This document shows positions 47,344 to 57,463 of a stretch of 64,000 bases of DNA, piece by piece. Made by a program: the position numbers and the translations under genes. Positions within the stretch are counted from its first letter, which is position 1, and every line of letters begins with the position of its first letter. The notes beneath the pieces were generated by a model that made no database searches, was not told the origin of the DNA, and saw nothing but the letters and a program-made list of their open reading frames with translations. The stretch is from Burkholderiales bacterium (GTDB lineage Bacteria > Pseudomonadota > Gammaproteobacteria > Burkholderiales > Casimicrobiaceae): assembly GCA_046347835.1 (NCBI GenBank), contig JAXMFI010000003.1:41759-105758 (forward strand), written 5' to 3'.

Positions 47344-48627
47344 GTGAACGTCCTCGTGATCGGCGGCGGCGGCCGCGAGCACGCGCTGGCGTGGAAGCTC
47401 GCGCAGAGCCCGCGCGTCGCGCGCGTGTTCGTGGCACCCGGCAACGCCGGTACGGCGCGCGACGAGGCGCTCGCCAACGTCCCGGTCACGACGATTCCGG
47501 ACCTGGTCGAGTTCGCGCAGCGCAGCGACGTCGCGTTCACCGTCGTCGGCCCCGAGGCGCCGCTCGCGGCGGGCGTCGTCGACGCGTTTCGCGCGGCGGG
47601 CCTGCGCATCTTCGGTCCGACGCAGGCGGCGGCGCAGCTCGAAAGCTCGAAAGACTTCGCCAAGGCGTTCATGGTGCGGCACGGGCTGCCGACCGCGCAG
47701 CACCGAACGTTCACCGACGCCCACGCCGCGCACGCGTACGTCGCCGAGCGCGGCGCGCCGATCGTCGTCAAGGCCGACGGACTCGCGGCCGGCAAGGGCG
47801 TCGTCGTCGCGACGACGCGCGAGGAGGCGGATGCCGCGGTCGACGCGATGCTCGTCGGCAACGCGATGGGCACCGCCGGTGCGCGCGTGGTGATCGAGGA
47901 GTTCCTCGCGGGCGAGGAGGCGAGCTTCATCGTCATGGTCGACGGCCGCCACGTGCTGCCGTTGGCGTCGTCGCAGGATCACAAGCGGCTCGCCGACGGC
48001 GACGCCGGGCCGAACACCGGCGGCATGGGCGCCTACTCGCCGGCGCCGGTCGTCACGCCGGCGCTGCACGCGCGGATCATGCGCGAGATCATCGTGCCGG
48101 CCGTGAACGGCATGGCGGCCGACGGCATTCCCTACACGGGCTTCCTCTACGCCGGCGTCATGATCGGCGCCGACGGCGCGCCGAAGGTGCTCGAGTTCAA
48201 CTGCCGGATGGGCGACCCGGAGACGCAGCCGATCATGGCGCGCCTCAAGTCCGACCTCGTCGACCTGGTCGAGCACGCGATCGACGGCACGCTCGACACG
48301 GTCGAGGCCGAGTGGGACCGGCGCGCGGCGCTCTCCGTCGTGCTCGCCGCCGCCGGCTATCCCGAGAACCCCCGCAAGGGCGACGCGATCGACGGCCTCG
48401 ACCGCGTGACGCCGGCGGCGCATCCGGACGTCGTCGTGTTCCACGCCGGCACCGCGCTCGCCGACGGCCGCACCGTCGTGAGCGGCGGACGGGTGCTGTG
48501 CGTGACGGCGCTGGGCGACTCGGTGCGCCTCGCGCAGCGTGCCGCGTACGCCGCCGTCGCCGACATCCGCTTTCCCGGCATGCAGTTCCGCACCGACATC
48601 GGCCACCGGGCCCTCGCGCGGAAGTGA
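47344..48627 (+). CDS. purD: Phosphoribosylamine-glycine ligase
   Basis: [46 protein letters not shown]. Confidence 0.98.
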   Translation: MNVLVIGGGGREHALAWKLAQSPRVARVFVAPGNAGTARDEALANVPVTTIPDLVEFAQRSDVAFTVVGPEAPLAAGVVDAFRAAGLRIFGPTQAAAQLESSKDFAKAFMVRHGLPTAQHRTFTDAHAAHAYVAERGAPIVVKADGLAAGKGVVVATTREEADAAVDAMLVGNAMGTAGARVVIEEFLAGEEASFIVMVDGRHVLPLASSQDHKRLADGDAGPNTGGMGAYSPAPVVTPALHARIMREIIVPAVNGMAADGIPYTGFLYAGVMIGADGAPKVLEFNCRMGDPETQPIMARLKSDLVDLVEHAIDGTLDTVEAEWDRRAALSVVLAAAGYPENPRKGDAIDGLDRVTPAAHPDVVVFHAGTALADGRTVVSGGRVLCVTALGDSVRLAQRAAYAAVADIRFPGMQFRTDIGHRALARK

Positions 48628-49532
48628 GCGAGATCGACATCGCCGCCGTCCGCGGCTACCTCACCGGCCTCCAGCAGCGCATCGTCGAGGGCCTCGAGGC
48701 GATCGACCGCACGCCGTTCCGCCGCGACGCGTGGACGCGGCCCGAAGGCGGCGGCGGCGTGTCGCGGCTGGTCGAGCACGGCAACGTCCTCGAGCGCGGC
48801 GGCGTGCTGTTTTCGCACGTGCTGGGCGACAGGCTGCCGGCGTCGGCCACCGCGCACCGGCCCGACCTCGCCGGCCGCGCGTGGGAGGCGACGGGCGTGT
48901 CGCTGGTGCTGCACCCACGCAATCCCTACGCGCCGACCGTGCACCTCAACGTCCGGTTCTTCGTCGCGCAGAAGGCGGGCGCCGACCCGATCTGGTGGTT
49001 CGGCGGCGGCATGGACCTGACGCCCTGCTACGGATTCGCCGAGGACGCCGTGCACTTCCATCGCGCGTGCCGCGCCGCGCTGGCGCCCTTCGGCGCGGAC
49101 GTCCATCCGCGATGCAAGAAGTGGTGCGACGAGTACTTCTACCTCAAGCACCGCCGCGAGGCGCGCGGCGTGGGCGGCATCTTCTACGACGACCTGAACG
49201 AGGGCGGCTTCGACCGCTGCTTCGCGCTGACGCGCAGCGTCGGCGACGGCTTCCTGCCGGCATATGCGCCGATCCTCGAGCGCCGCAAGGACACGCCGTT
49301 CGGCGAGCGCGAGCGGGATTTCCAGCTCTACCGCCGCGGCCGCTACGTCGAATTCAACCTCGTGTGGGACCGCGGCACGCTGTTCGGGCTGCAGTCGAAC
49401 GGGCGCACCGAGGCGATCCTGATGTCGATGCCGCCGCTTGCGCAGTGGCGCTACGACTGGGCGCCTGCGCCCGGCACGCCGGAAGCCGCCCTCTACACCG
49501 ATTTCCTTCCGCCGCGGGATTGGCTCGCGTGA
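48624..49532 (+). CDS. hemF: Oxygen-dependent coproporphyrinogen III oxidase
   Basis: [42 protein letters not shown]. Confidence 0.97.
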   Translation: MSEIDIAAVRGYLTGLQQRIVEGLEAIDRTPFRRDAWTRPEGGGGVSRLVEHGNVLERGGVLFSHVLGDRLPASATAHRPDLAGRAWEATGVSLVLHPRNPYAPTVHLNVRFFVAQKAGADPIWWFGGGMDLTPCYGFAEDAVHFHRACRAALAPFGADVHPRCKKWCDEYFYLKHRREARGVGGIFYDDLNEGGFDRCFALTRSVGDGFLPAYAPILERRKDTPFGERERDFQLYRRGRYVEFNLVWDRGTLFGLQSNGRTEAILMSMPPLAQWRYDWAPAPGTPEAALYTDFLPPRDWLA

Positions 49533-50083
49533 AGCCCGACGACGACTCCCATCTCGTCGAGACCGGCTTGGCGTCGGAGGTCGTGTTCTCCGGCAAGCTG
49601 CTCGAGGTGCGGCGCGACAGGATCCGCCTGCCCGACGGCAATGACGCCACACGCGAGTTCGTCGTGCACCCGGGCGCGGTGCTTGTCGTCCCCGTGCTCG
49701 ACGACGGCCGCCTCGTGCTCGAGCGGCAGTTCCGCTATCCGGTGCGGCGCGTGATGCTCGAGTTCCCGGCCGGCAAGATCGACGCCGGCGAGACGCCGCT
49801 CGCCACGGCGCAGCGCGAACTCGTCGAGGAGGCAGGCTACACGGCGCAGAAATGGAAGAAGCTCGGCACGATCCACCCGGAGATCGGCTACTCGACCGAA
49901 TTCATCGACGTGTACGAGGCGACCGGCCTCGCGCACGTGGGCCAGAAGCTCGACCACGGCGAGTTCCTCGACGTGATCGCGATGAGCGAGGACGAGCTCC
50001 TCGCGACGTACGACTGCGGCGGCCTCACCGACGGCAAGACGATCGCCGCGCTGTTCGCGTGGCGCCGCAGCCGCGGCAGGTGA
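49529..50083 (+). CDS. NUDIX hydrolase (ADP-ribose pyrophosphatase-like)
   Basis: Nudix box [26 protein letters not shown]; QFRYP. Confidence 0.92.
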   Translation: MKPDDDSHLVETGLASEVVFSGKLLEVRRDRIRLPDGNDATREFVVHPGAVLVVPVLDDGRLVLERQFRYPVRRVMLEFPAGKIDAGETPLATAQRELVEEAGYTAQKWKKLGTIHPEIGYSTEFIDVYEATGLAHVGQKLDHGEFLDVIAMSEDELLATYDCGGLTDGKTIAALFAWRRSRGR

Positions 50084-50085
50084 CG

Positions 50086-50376
50086 ATGGCGGACATCGCG
50101 CGACGGCTCGTCGTCCGCGGCCGCGTGCAGGGCGTCGGCTATCGCCACGCCGCCGTGGAGGCCGCCCGCGGGATCGGCGTCGCGGGCTGGGTGCGCAACC
50201 GTCCGGACGGAACCGTCGAGGCCCTTGCGCAGGGCACCGCCGCCGACGTCGAGCGCTTCGTCGCGTGGTGCCGCCGCGGGCCGCCGCTCGCCCGCGTCGA
50301 CGACGTGGAAGTCGGCGAGGCCTGGGTCGACGCCGGGCTCGCGCGCTTCGACTGGAAGGCGGGGTCGGAGCCGTAG
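50086..50376 (+). CDS. acyP: Acylphosphatase
   Basis: VRGRVQGVGYR, GWVRNRPDGTVE, CRRGPPLARV. Confidence 0.93.
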   Translation: MADIARRLVVRGRVQGVGYRHAAVEAARGIGVAGWVRNRPDGTVEALAQGTAADVERFVAWCRRGPPLARVDDVEVGEAWVDAGLARFDWKAGSEP

Positions 50377-50447
50377 CGCGGGCGCGACGGGGTTCGTCGC
50401 GCCGGCAGGGGAACGCGGCGCACGCAGCGCGTCGCGCCCCCGATCCG

Positions 50448-51161
50448 CTACGCGACCGCGAACACGTCCTTCCACGCCGCGTACGACGCGGCGGCGATCC
50501 ACGGCAGCGCCAGCACGAGGCCGATCCCGGAGGTCGCGATGCCGAGGGCCAGCAGCACGAACGAGAATGCGGCGAACGCGCCGAGCGCGGGGACGTTGCG
50601 CGCGAACGCCCGCAGCGACGCGGCGAACGCGCGCGCGAACGGCTCGCCGTCGAACAGCGCCGCCATCGGGACGAACGTGACCGGCAGCGATGCGGCGACG
50701 CCTGCCGCGTAGATCGCGGCGATGGCGCCGACCGACAGCTGCGACGCGTCCGCGAGCGGCAGCAGCACGTTGACGTCGGCCACGCTCCACGCGGCCAGCG
50801 CCTCGACCGCGAGCGGGACGAGGCTGCCGGCGACGACGGCGGCCTGCGCCGGAAGCGGCGCGGCGAACACGGCGACGAGGTGCGACCAGCGCGGCCGGTC
50901 GCCGCGGTCGGCCGCGAGGCTCGCGTACAGCAGTCCGCACGCCAGCAGCGGGGCCAGGACGTTCGCGGCCAGGGCGCCCGCGACGGGCACGGGCTCCAGC
51001 ACGACGCTCGCGACGACGACGACGAGCGCGAAGGCGCAGAACATCGCCGGGCCGCGGCGCCACAGCCGCATCGCCTCCGAGAACCAGTCGAGCGCGCGCC
51101 GCGCCGGCACGGCGCGCGGCTCGCGCGACGGTGGCGCGGACGGCGGGGGCGCTTCGCTCAC
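50448..51161 (-). CDS. BPSS1780-family-like membrane protein
   Basis: VPARRALDWF..AMRLW start, multiple TM segments, ASYAAWKDVF end. Confidence 0.75.
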   Translation of the reverse strand: MSEAPPPSAPPSREPRAVPARRALDWFSEAMRLWRRGPAMFCAFALVVVVASVVLEPVPVAGALAANVLAPLLACGLLYASLAADRGDRPRWSHLVAVFAAPLPAQAAVVAGSLVPLAVEALAAWSVADVNVLLPLADASQLSVGAIAAIYAAGVAASLPVTFVPMAALFDGEPFARAFAASLRAFARNVPALGAFAAFSFVLLALGIATSGIGLVLALPWIAAASYAAWKDVFAVA

Positions 51162-51198
51162 GACGGTCGCCGCCCGCGGGCCGGTGCGGCGGATCGGG

Positions 51199-51927
51199 TC
51201 AGGCGGCCTCGCCGAGATAGGCCGCGCGCACCTTCGGATCGTGCAGCAGCGACGCGGAGTCGCCCTTCAGCGTGATCTCGCCCGACTCCATCACGTAGCC
51301 GCGCCGGCTGACCTCGAGCGCGAGCTTGGCGTTCTGTTCGATCAGCAGGATCGTGACGCCCTCGCGCGATACGGCGACGATCGTCTCGAACACCTTTTGC
51401 ACCATCAGCGGCGCGAGCCCCATCGACGGCTCGTCCAGCAGCAGCAGCTTCGGCCGCGACATCAGCGCGCGCCCCATCGCGAGCATCTGCTGCTCGCCTC
51501 CGGAGAGCGTCCCGGCCGTCTGCCGGCGGCGCTCCATGAGGCGCGGGAACAGGTGGTAGACGCGCTCCATGTCCGCCTTGATGCCGTCGCCGTCGCTGCG
51601 CACGTACGCACCCATCGCGAGGTTTTCCTCGATCGTCAGCGCGCCGAACACGCCGCGGCCCTCGGGCACCATCGCGAGCCCGCGCTTGACGAGCTGGAAC
51701 GCCGGCCGGCCGGTGACGTCGATGCCGCCGTAGTGGATCTTGCCGGCCTTCACGGGCAGCAGTCCGCAGATGCCCTTCAGCGTCGTCGTCTTGCCGGCGC
51801 CGTTGGCGCCGATCAGGCACACGAGCTCGCCCTGGTCCACGTCGAGGTCGATGCCCTTGACCGCATGGATGCCGCCGTAGGCGACCTCGAGCTTGCGCAG
51901 CGACAGGAGCGGGTGTTCGCCGGGCAT
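51199..51927 (-). CDS. livF: Branched-chain amino acid ABC ATPase (LivF-like)
   Basis: GANGAGKTT, VPEGRGVF, LSGGEQQMLA, LLDEPSMGL. Confidence 0.92.
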   Translation of the reverse strand: MPGEHPLLSLRKLEVAYGGIHAVKGIDLDVDQGELVCLIGANGAGKTTTLKGICGLLPVKAGKIHYGGIDVTGRPAFQLVKRGLAMVPEGRGVFGALTIEENLAMGAYVRSDGDGIKADMERVYHLFPRLMERRRQTAGTLSGGEQQMLAMGRALMSRPKLLLLDEPSMGLAPLMVQKVFETIVAVSREGVTILLIEQNAKLALEVSRRGYVMESGEITLKGDSASLLHDPKVRAAYLGEAA

Positions 51928-51935
51928 GGGTGCGC

Positions 51936-52730
51936 CTATGCCCCCTTCAGGTTGAGCGACACCTCGCCGCCGAGATACGCGGCGATGACCTTCGGATCGT
52001 TCTGCACCTCGGTCGCCGTGCCCTCGGCGATCTTCTTTCCGTAGTCGAGCACGAGGACGCGGTCGCACACGCTCATCACGAGCTTCATGTCGTGCTCGAT
52101 CAGCAGGATCGTCGTGCCGTCGCGGCGGATATCCTCGAGCAGGCCCTTGAGCGACGCGGTCTCGGTCGCGTTCATCCCCGCCGCGGGCTCGTCGAGCGCG
52201 AGGAGCTTGGGCTCGGTCGCCAGCGCCCGCGCGATCTCGAGCCGGCGCTGGTCGCCGTAGGCGAGGTGCCGGGCGAGGCTGTTCGCGCGCTTGGCGACGC
52301 CGACGTACTCGAGGAGCTCGTAGGCACGCCGGTGGATCGCCCGCTCCTCCTCGCGCGCGCGGGCGTTGCGCGAGATCGCCCCCCAGACGCCGGCGCGCGT
52401 GCGCACGTGCCGGCCGATCATCACGTTCTCGAGCGCCGACAGGTTGGCGAACAGCCGGATGTTCTGGAACGTGCGCGCGATGCCCCGCGCGGCGACGTCG
52501 TTGGGCTTCAGGTTCAGCAGCACCTCGCCGTCGAACGCGAAGTGGCCGCCGTCCGGCACGTAGATGCCGGTGAGCACGTTGAACAGCGACGTCTTGCCGG
52601 CGCCATTCGGGCCGATCAGCCCGTAGATCTCGCCGTGGTGGATCGTGAACCCGACGTCGGTCAGCGCCTGCACGCCGCCGAAGCGCTTCGAGACGCCCTT
52701 GGCCGTCAGCAGCGGCAGCGGCTCGTTCAC
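51936..52730 (-). CDS. livG: Branched-chain amino acid ABC ATPase (LivG-like)
   Basis: GPNGAGKTS, ARTFQNIRLF, LAYGDQRRLEIARA, VIAAYLG. Confidence 0.92.
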   Translation of the reverse strand: MNEPLPLLTAKGVSKRFGGVQALTDVGFTIHHGEIYGLIGPNGAGKTSLFNVLTGIYVPDGGHFAFDGEVLLNLKPNDVAARGIARTFQNIRLFANLSALENVMIGRHVRTRAGVWGAISRNARAREEERAIHRRAYELLEYVGVAKRANSLARHLAYGDQRRLEIARALATEPKLLALDEPAAGMNATETASLKGLLEDIRRDGTTILLIEHDMKLVMSVCDRVLVLDYGKKIAEGTATEVQNDPKVIAAYLGGEVSLNLKGA

Positions 52731-53803
52731 TTGGCGGGGACCTCGAGCTCGCGCCGGCGCACGGCGGACGGCAGGATGCCCGCCGGCCGGAACAGCATCA
52801 TCAGCACCAGCGCCAGCCCGAACAGCAGCATGCGGATCACTTCCGGCTCGATCAGCATGCGCCCGAACAGCGCCATCTGCGCGGGCTCCACCGTGTAGCG
52901 CAGGATCTCCGGCACGAACGACAGCAGCAGCGCGCCCAGGATCACGCCCCAGATGTTGCCCATGCCGCCCAGCACGACCATCGACAGCACCATCACCGAC
53001 TCGACGAGCACGAAGCTCTCGGGGCTGATGAAGCCCTGGATCGCCGAGAACATGCCGCCGGCGATGCCGCCGAACGACGCGCCCATCGCGAACGCCAGCA
53101 GCTTGATGTTGCGCGTGTTGATGCCCATCGCGCGCGCGGCCACCTCGTCCTCGCGGATCGCCTCCCATGCGCGGCCGATGCGCGAGTCCTGCAGGCGCAG
53201 GTTGATGACGATGACGACGAGCAGCACGGCCAGGAAGAAGTAGTAGTACTTGATGGGGCCGGTGAAGTCGAGGCCCATGATCGTCTCGCGCTTCGCGAAG
53301 CTCGCGTCGCCGATGCGGAACGGGTCGATCAGCGTGATTCCCTGCGGGCCGTTGGTGATGTTGACGGGCCGCGACAGGTTGTTGAGGAAGATGCGGATGA
53401 TCTCGCCGAAGCCCAGCGTGACGATCGCGAGGTAGTCGCCGCGGAGCTTCAGCGTCGGCGCGCCGAGCAGCACGCCGAACAGGCACGCGAGCGCGGCGCC
53501 CAGCGGCAGGATGATCCAGAACGGCAGGTGCAGGTTGAAGTGCGGGCTCGCGAGCAGCGCGTAGACGTAGGCGCCGACCGCGTAGAACGCGATGTAGCCG
53601 AGGTCGAGCAGCCCCGCGAAGCCGACGACGATATTGAGCCCGAGCGCCAGGAACACGTACAGGATCGCGAGGTTCGTGATGCGCACCCACGCGGTGCCGA
53701 CGCCCGCCAGTGCCCACGGCAGCACCAGCAGCACGATGCCGATGACGGCGAAACCGGTCCACGCGAGGCGCGGATTGCTGCGGACGTCGAAGAAGCTCTG
53801 CAT
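52727..53803 (-). CDS. livM: Branched-chain amino acid ABC permease (LivM-like)
   Basis: GLNIVVGFAGLLDLG, LRGDYLAIVTLGFGEI, GRAWEAIREDE. Confidence 0.92.
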   Translation of the reverse strand: MQSFFDVRSNPRLAWTGFAVIGIVLLVLPWALAGVGTAWVRITNLAILYVFLALGLNIVVGFAGLLDLGYIAFYAVGAYVYALLASPHFNLHLPFWIILPLGAALACLFGVLLGAPTLKLRGDYLAIVTLGFGEIIRIFLNNLSRPVNITNGPQGITLIDPFRIGDASFAKRETIMGLDFTGPIKYYYFFLAVLLVVIVINLRLQDSRIGRAWEAIREDEVAARAMGINTRNIKLLAFAMGASFGGIAGGMFSAIQGFISPESFVLVESVMVLSMVVLGGMGNIWGVILGALLLSFVPEILRYTVEPAQMALFGRMLIEPEVIRMLLFGLALVLMMLFRPAGILPSAVRRRELEVPAK

Positions 53804-53899
53804 CGTGGATCGCCTATCGCCGCGGGCGGCCGCCGGCCCGCCGTCCGGGTGCCGGAGGCGCCGCGCGGTGCGGCCGCGCAGACGCAAGGATGCCCGTAT

Positions 53900-54523
53900 T
53901 CACTGCGCCGGTGAAGATGGGACCGCGCGCGGCGCGGAGGCCGGCGCGGCCGCCAGCGCGCGGACCGCCGCCGCGACGTCGGCGGACACCCGCGCCAGCG
54001 CGCGGCTGTGCGCGGCGGCGAGCGCATCGTAGCCGCGCTCCGGTGCCGCCTCGCGGGCGACCGTGCGTCCGCCGGACGTGGCGCCGTCCCGGCCGCGCGT
54101 CACCGTCCACGCGGCGTCGACCAGCGCGTGGCTGCCGGGCGCGGACTCGAAGCGCTGCACGTCGAGCGCGACGCGGTACTCGGCGCCTGCGCCCGCCTGC
54201 GCCAGCAGGACGACGCGCGGCGTGGCGAGCTGGGCCGCCAGGTCCGCCACGACGGCGAGCGCGATGCCGTCGGCGAGCGGCGCCGCCCACCGGTTGAACT
54301 CGTCCAGCCACACCTCGTTGCCGGAGACGGCGACCACGATCTCGGGCCGGTCGACGGCCGCCGGGACGGCCACCGGGCCGACGGCCACGGCGACGCCGGA
54401 CGTGAAGGCCTCGGGCGCCGGCGCTCCGGACAGCGTGTAGAAGCGCGACGGCGGCGACGTCGCGCAGCCGGCGGCCAGCGCGAACGCGCCGAGCGCGGCG
54501 AGCATTGCGCGGCGCGGTCTCAC
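53900..54523 (-). CDS. pqiC: PqiC-family lipoprotein (ABC_trans_aux)
   Basis: Lipobox LAAGC, SRFYTL, VDRPEIV, NRWAAPL, VQRFES. Confidence 0.85.
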   Translation of the reverse strand: MRPRRAMLAALGAFALAAGCATSPPSRFYTLSGAPAPEAFTSGVAVAVGPVAVPAAVDRPEIVVAVSGNEVWLDEFNRWAAPLADGIALAVVADLAAQLATPRVVLLAQAGAGAEYRVALDVQRFESAPGSHALVDAAWTVTRGRDGATSGGRTVAREAAPERGYDALAAAHSRALARVSADVAAAVRALAAAPASAPRAVPSSPAQ

Positions 54524-56196
54524 TTCGGCGCGCCCTCCGGCGTCTTGCCGCGGATCAGCGATTCGGGATGACGCTCGAGGTAGTCGGCGAGCACGCGCAG
54601 GCTGCGCGCGGCGCGCGCGAGCTCCTGCAGCGCGTTGCGCAGCTCGATCTGGCCCGGCGCCGAGCTGCCGACGAGGTTGTTCTCGGCGCTGCCCATCACG
54701 CGCTCGGTCGCGGCGAGGGCGCCCCTCGCGTCGTCGAGCGCCGAACGCAGCGCCGGCACCGCCTGCGTCTCGACGCTCACCGACATGCGGCCGACGTCCT
54801 TCAGCGTCTGGTCGAGCGTCGCGAGCGCCTGCTTCAGCTCGTCGCCGATCGCGTCGAGCGGCACCTTGTCGAGCTTCGCGACGATGCTCGACAGCTTCGC
54901 CTCCAGCGCCGGGAACGGGCTCGCGACGACCGGCAGCTCCGGCGGGTTGCCGCCGGGATCGAAACGGGCCGGCTTCGCGTCCGGGAAGTAGCCGAGCGCG
55001 ACGTACAGCTGGCCGGTGATGAGGCTGCCGGTCATGAGCTGCGCGCGCAGTCCGCGCTCCTGCACCATGCGCCGCATGATCGCATGCCGGTAGTCGCGGT
55101 TGGCGACCAGCGGCTGGGCAAGCCGTTCCTGCGCCGCGGGGAGCGCCGAGATCATCCGCTCCGGATACACGACGATGTCGACGCGCGGGCGCACGTTGAG
55201 CGAGCGTTCGTCCATCGCAAGGCCGATGTCGACGACCTCGCCGACGCCGACGCCGAAGAACATCACCGGCGCGCCGACGGACAGCCCGCGCAGCGACTCC
55301 GAGAAGTGCAGCACGTAGCGCGTCGCGATCGTGTCGTCGGGCTTCATCGCGGTGGCGCGGTCGGCGAAGAGCCGGAACGACGCGCCCGCCGCGGCCTGCG
55401 GCGCCGCGGCCGCGTACGCCGGCGTCTCGAACGCGAGGCCGCCCTCGAGCAGCGCGACCAGCGACTGCGTGCGCACGTCGATGCCGCTGGCGGTCAGCGA
55501 CACGTCGACGCCGCTCGCGTTCCAGAACCGCGTGCCGGTCGTCACATACTTGTCGTACGGCGCGTTGACGAACAAGGTGACCGCGACCGACTTGCCGTCG
55601 GCGGCCAGGTCGAACGCGACCACCTGACCGACCGGCAGCCGGCGGAAGTAGACGGGCGACCCGATGCCGAGCGAGCCCAAGTCCGCCGCGTCCAGCACGA
55701 ATCGCCGCCCGGCCCCGCCGGTGATGATCGGGGGAACCTCGAGCCCCGTGAAGCTCTTCTGCCGCTTGCCCGACGCGCCGGCCTCGAAGCCGATGTAGTC
55801 GCCGGACAGCAGCGTGGACAGCCCCGACACGCCGGACAGGCTGATCCGCGGGCGCACGACCCAGAACTTCGCGTCCTCGACCATCAGTCCGGCCGCCGAT
55901 TTCGCGATGCGCGCCGTCACCTCGACGCGGCCGAAGTCCTCGGTGAGGCGCACGCCCGTCACCTGGCCGATGTTCACGTCCTTGTACTTGACGAATGTCT
56001 TGCCCGCCTCGATGCCCTCGGCCGACGCGAACACGATCGACACCGTCGGCCCCTCGGAGAGCACGCGGTCGGCGAAGATCCCGACCGCCACCACCACGGC
56101 GACCAGCGGCACGATCCAGACGGGCGAGAAGCGCGCGCGCGGCGCGGGCTCGAGCGTGGCCTGCGGCAGCGCGGTGTCGTCAGCGGGCCCGGCCAT
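54520..56196 (-). CDS. pqiB: PqiB-family multi-MCE (MlaD) protein
   Basis: VWIVPLVA, AEGIEAGKT, FWVVRPRIS, GSPVYFR, SLRGLSVGAPV, LERHPESLIRG. Confidence 0.93.
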   Translation of the reverse strand: MAGPADDTALPQATLEPAPRARFSPVWIVPLVAVVVAVGIFADRVLSEGPTVSIVFASAEGIEAGKTFVKYKDVNIGQVTGVRLTEDFGRVEVTARIAKSAAGLMVEDAKFWVVRPRISLSGVSGLSTLLSGDYIGFEAGASGKRQKSFTGLEVPPIITGGAGRRFVLDAADLGSLGIGSPVYFRRLPVGQVVAFDLAADGKSVAVTLFVNAPYDKYVTTGTRFWNASGVDVSLTASGIDVRTQSLVALLEGGLAFETPAYAAAAPQAAAGASFRLFADRATAMKPDDTIATRYVLHFSESLRGLSVGAPVMFFGVGVGEVVDIGLAMDERSLNVRPRVDIVVYPERMISALPAAQERLAQPLVANRDYRHAIMRRMVQERGLRAQLMTGSLITGQLYVALGYFPDAKPARFDPGGNPPELPVVASPFPALEAKLSSIVAKLDKVPLDAIGDELKQALATLDQTLKDVGRMSVSVETQAVPALRSALDDARGALAATERVMGSAENNLVGSSAPGQIELRNALQELARAARSLRVLADYLERHPESLIRGKTPEGAPK

Positions 56197-56830
56197 CGTC
56201 GCTTTCGCCGGAGGCGGCCGCGTCCCAGATCAGGCGCGGGTCGAACGATTGCGCGGCGAGCATCGTCAGCACGACGACCGCCATGAACCAGACCACGCCC
56301 GGCCCCGGCGCGACGCTCATCAGCGGCGACAGCTGCACGAGCGCGACGACGAACGTGTCGACGAAGACGTCGAGCATCGACCAGCGCCCGATGAACTCGA
56401 CGGTCCGGTAGAGCCGCGTGCGCTCGCGCGCGTTGCGCGCGGAGCGGCGCTGCGCCGACACGAGCACGTACGCGAGCGCGACGAGTTTCCCGAGCGGAAT
56501 CATCACGCTCGCCACCAGCACGATCAGCGCGAGCGGCCACGAGCCGGTCGTGTACAGCAGCACCACGCCCGACAGGATCGTGTCCGACTGCGTGGCCACC
56601 AGCGTGTCGGTGACGAGGACCGGCAGCACGTTGGCGGGCACGTACAGGATCGCCGCCGCGACGAGCAGCGCCCACGTTCGCTGCAGCGATTGCGGCCGCC
56701 GCCTGACGAGCGCGTCGCCGCAGCGCGGACAGTGGCCGGCCGCCGTGGCGGACAGCGGGCGCGCCACGAGCCGGCAGTTGCCGCACGCGACGAGGCCCGC
56801 CGCTGCGGCGCTGCCCGCGGCCGCAGTCAC
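56180..56830 (-). CDS. pqiA: Paraquat-inducible protein A, C-terminal half
   Basis: CxxC...CPRC, YVPANVLP, DTILSGV, IGRWSMLDVFV, FDPRLIWD. Confidence 0.92.
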   Translation of the reverse strand: MTAAAGSAAAAGLVACGNCRLVARPLSATAAGHCPRCGDALVRRRPQSLQRTWALLVAAAILYVPANVLPVLVTDTLVATQSDTILSGVVLLYTTGSWPLALIVLVASVMIPLGKLVALAYVLVSAQRRSARNARERTRLYRTVEFIGRWSMLDVFVDTFVVALVQLSPLMSVAPGPGVVWFMAVVVLTMLAAQSFDPRLIWDAAASGESDDGRAR

Positions 56831-57447
56831 GCGCGGCCCCCCGCGCGCGCGTCGACCCACGCGATGCGCCGCCACACCTCGTCGGCGTCGAACGTGGTCG
56901 CGATCGCCGGCACCAGCAGCACGACCGCCAGCAGCGCGAACAGCCCGGGCCCCGGCGCCACGCTCGCGAGCTGCGCGATCTTGGTCAGCGCGACCAGCAC
57001 GCCCAGCATCAGCACCTCGGTCATCGCCCACGGACGCATCCGCTCGAGCCACCGCATCGCCGCGCCGACCCACGGCGGTGCCGGGGGCCGGCGGACGGCC
57101 AGCAGAACGACGAGCAGCAATGCGAGGTGGCACGCGGGCGCGACGACCGCGCACACGGCGACGGCGAGTGCGGTCCATTCGCTCCCCGCCTGCCACATCG
57201 CGAGCGCGCCGCCCGGCAGCGTCGTCTGCGCCTCGCGGCCCGCGGCCGACAGGCGCAGCATCGGCGCCGCGTTCGCGACCGCGAGCGCGACCGCCGCGGC
57301 GATGGTGAGCGCGAGGGGCGCGTCGAGCGGGTCGGACGGGCGCGCGGCCAGCAGCTGCCCGCAGCGCGCGCAGCGCGCCTTGCCGCGCGGCGGCAGCGGC
57401 GGGACGCGCTGGAGCAGGTCGCAGCAGCGGCAGGCGACGGTTACCAC
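56827..57447 (-). CDS. pqiA: Paraquat-inducible protein A, N-terminal half
   Basis: CRCCDLL, CARCG, PWAMTEVLMLGVLVALTKI. Confidence 0.9.
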   Translation of the reverse strand: MVTVACRCCDLLQRVPPLPPRGKARCARCGQLLAARPSDPLDAPLALTIAAAVALAVANAAPMLRLSAAGREAQTTLPGGALAMWQAGSEWTALAVAVCAVVAPACHLALLLVVLLAVRRPPAPPWVGAAMRWLERMRPWAMTEVLMLGVLVALTKIAQLASVAPGPGLFALLAVVLLVPAIATTFDADEVWRRIAWVDARAGGRA

Positions 57448-57463
57448 GGGAGGCGCAGGGCGG

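Noticed and set aside
45030-47936. 968-aa minus-strand ORF
   Set aside because: Antisense to dusB-fis-purH-purD.
50381-50403. Hairpin ggcgcgacg-gggtt-cgtcgcgcc between convergent genes as a terminator
   Set aside because: No U-tract on either strand; not enough support.
56180-57447. pqiA split as a possible frameshifted pseudogene
   Set aside because: Each half has its own start and CxxC motifs and they overlap by GTGA; two-gene pqiA is a common natural arrangement.
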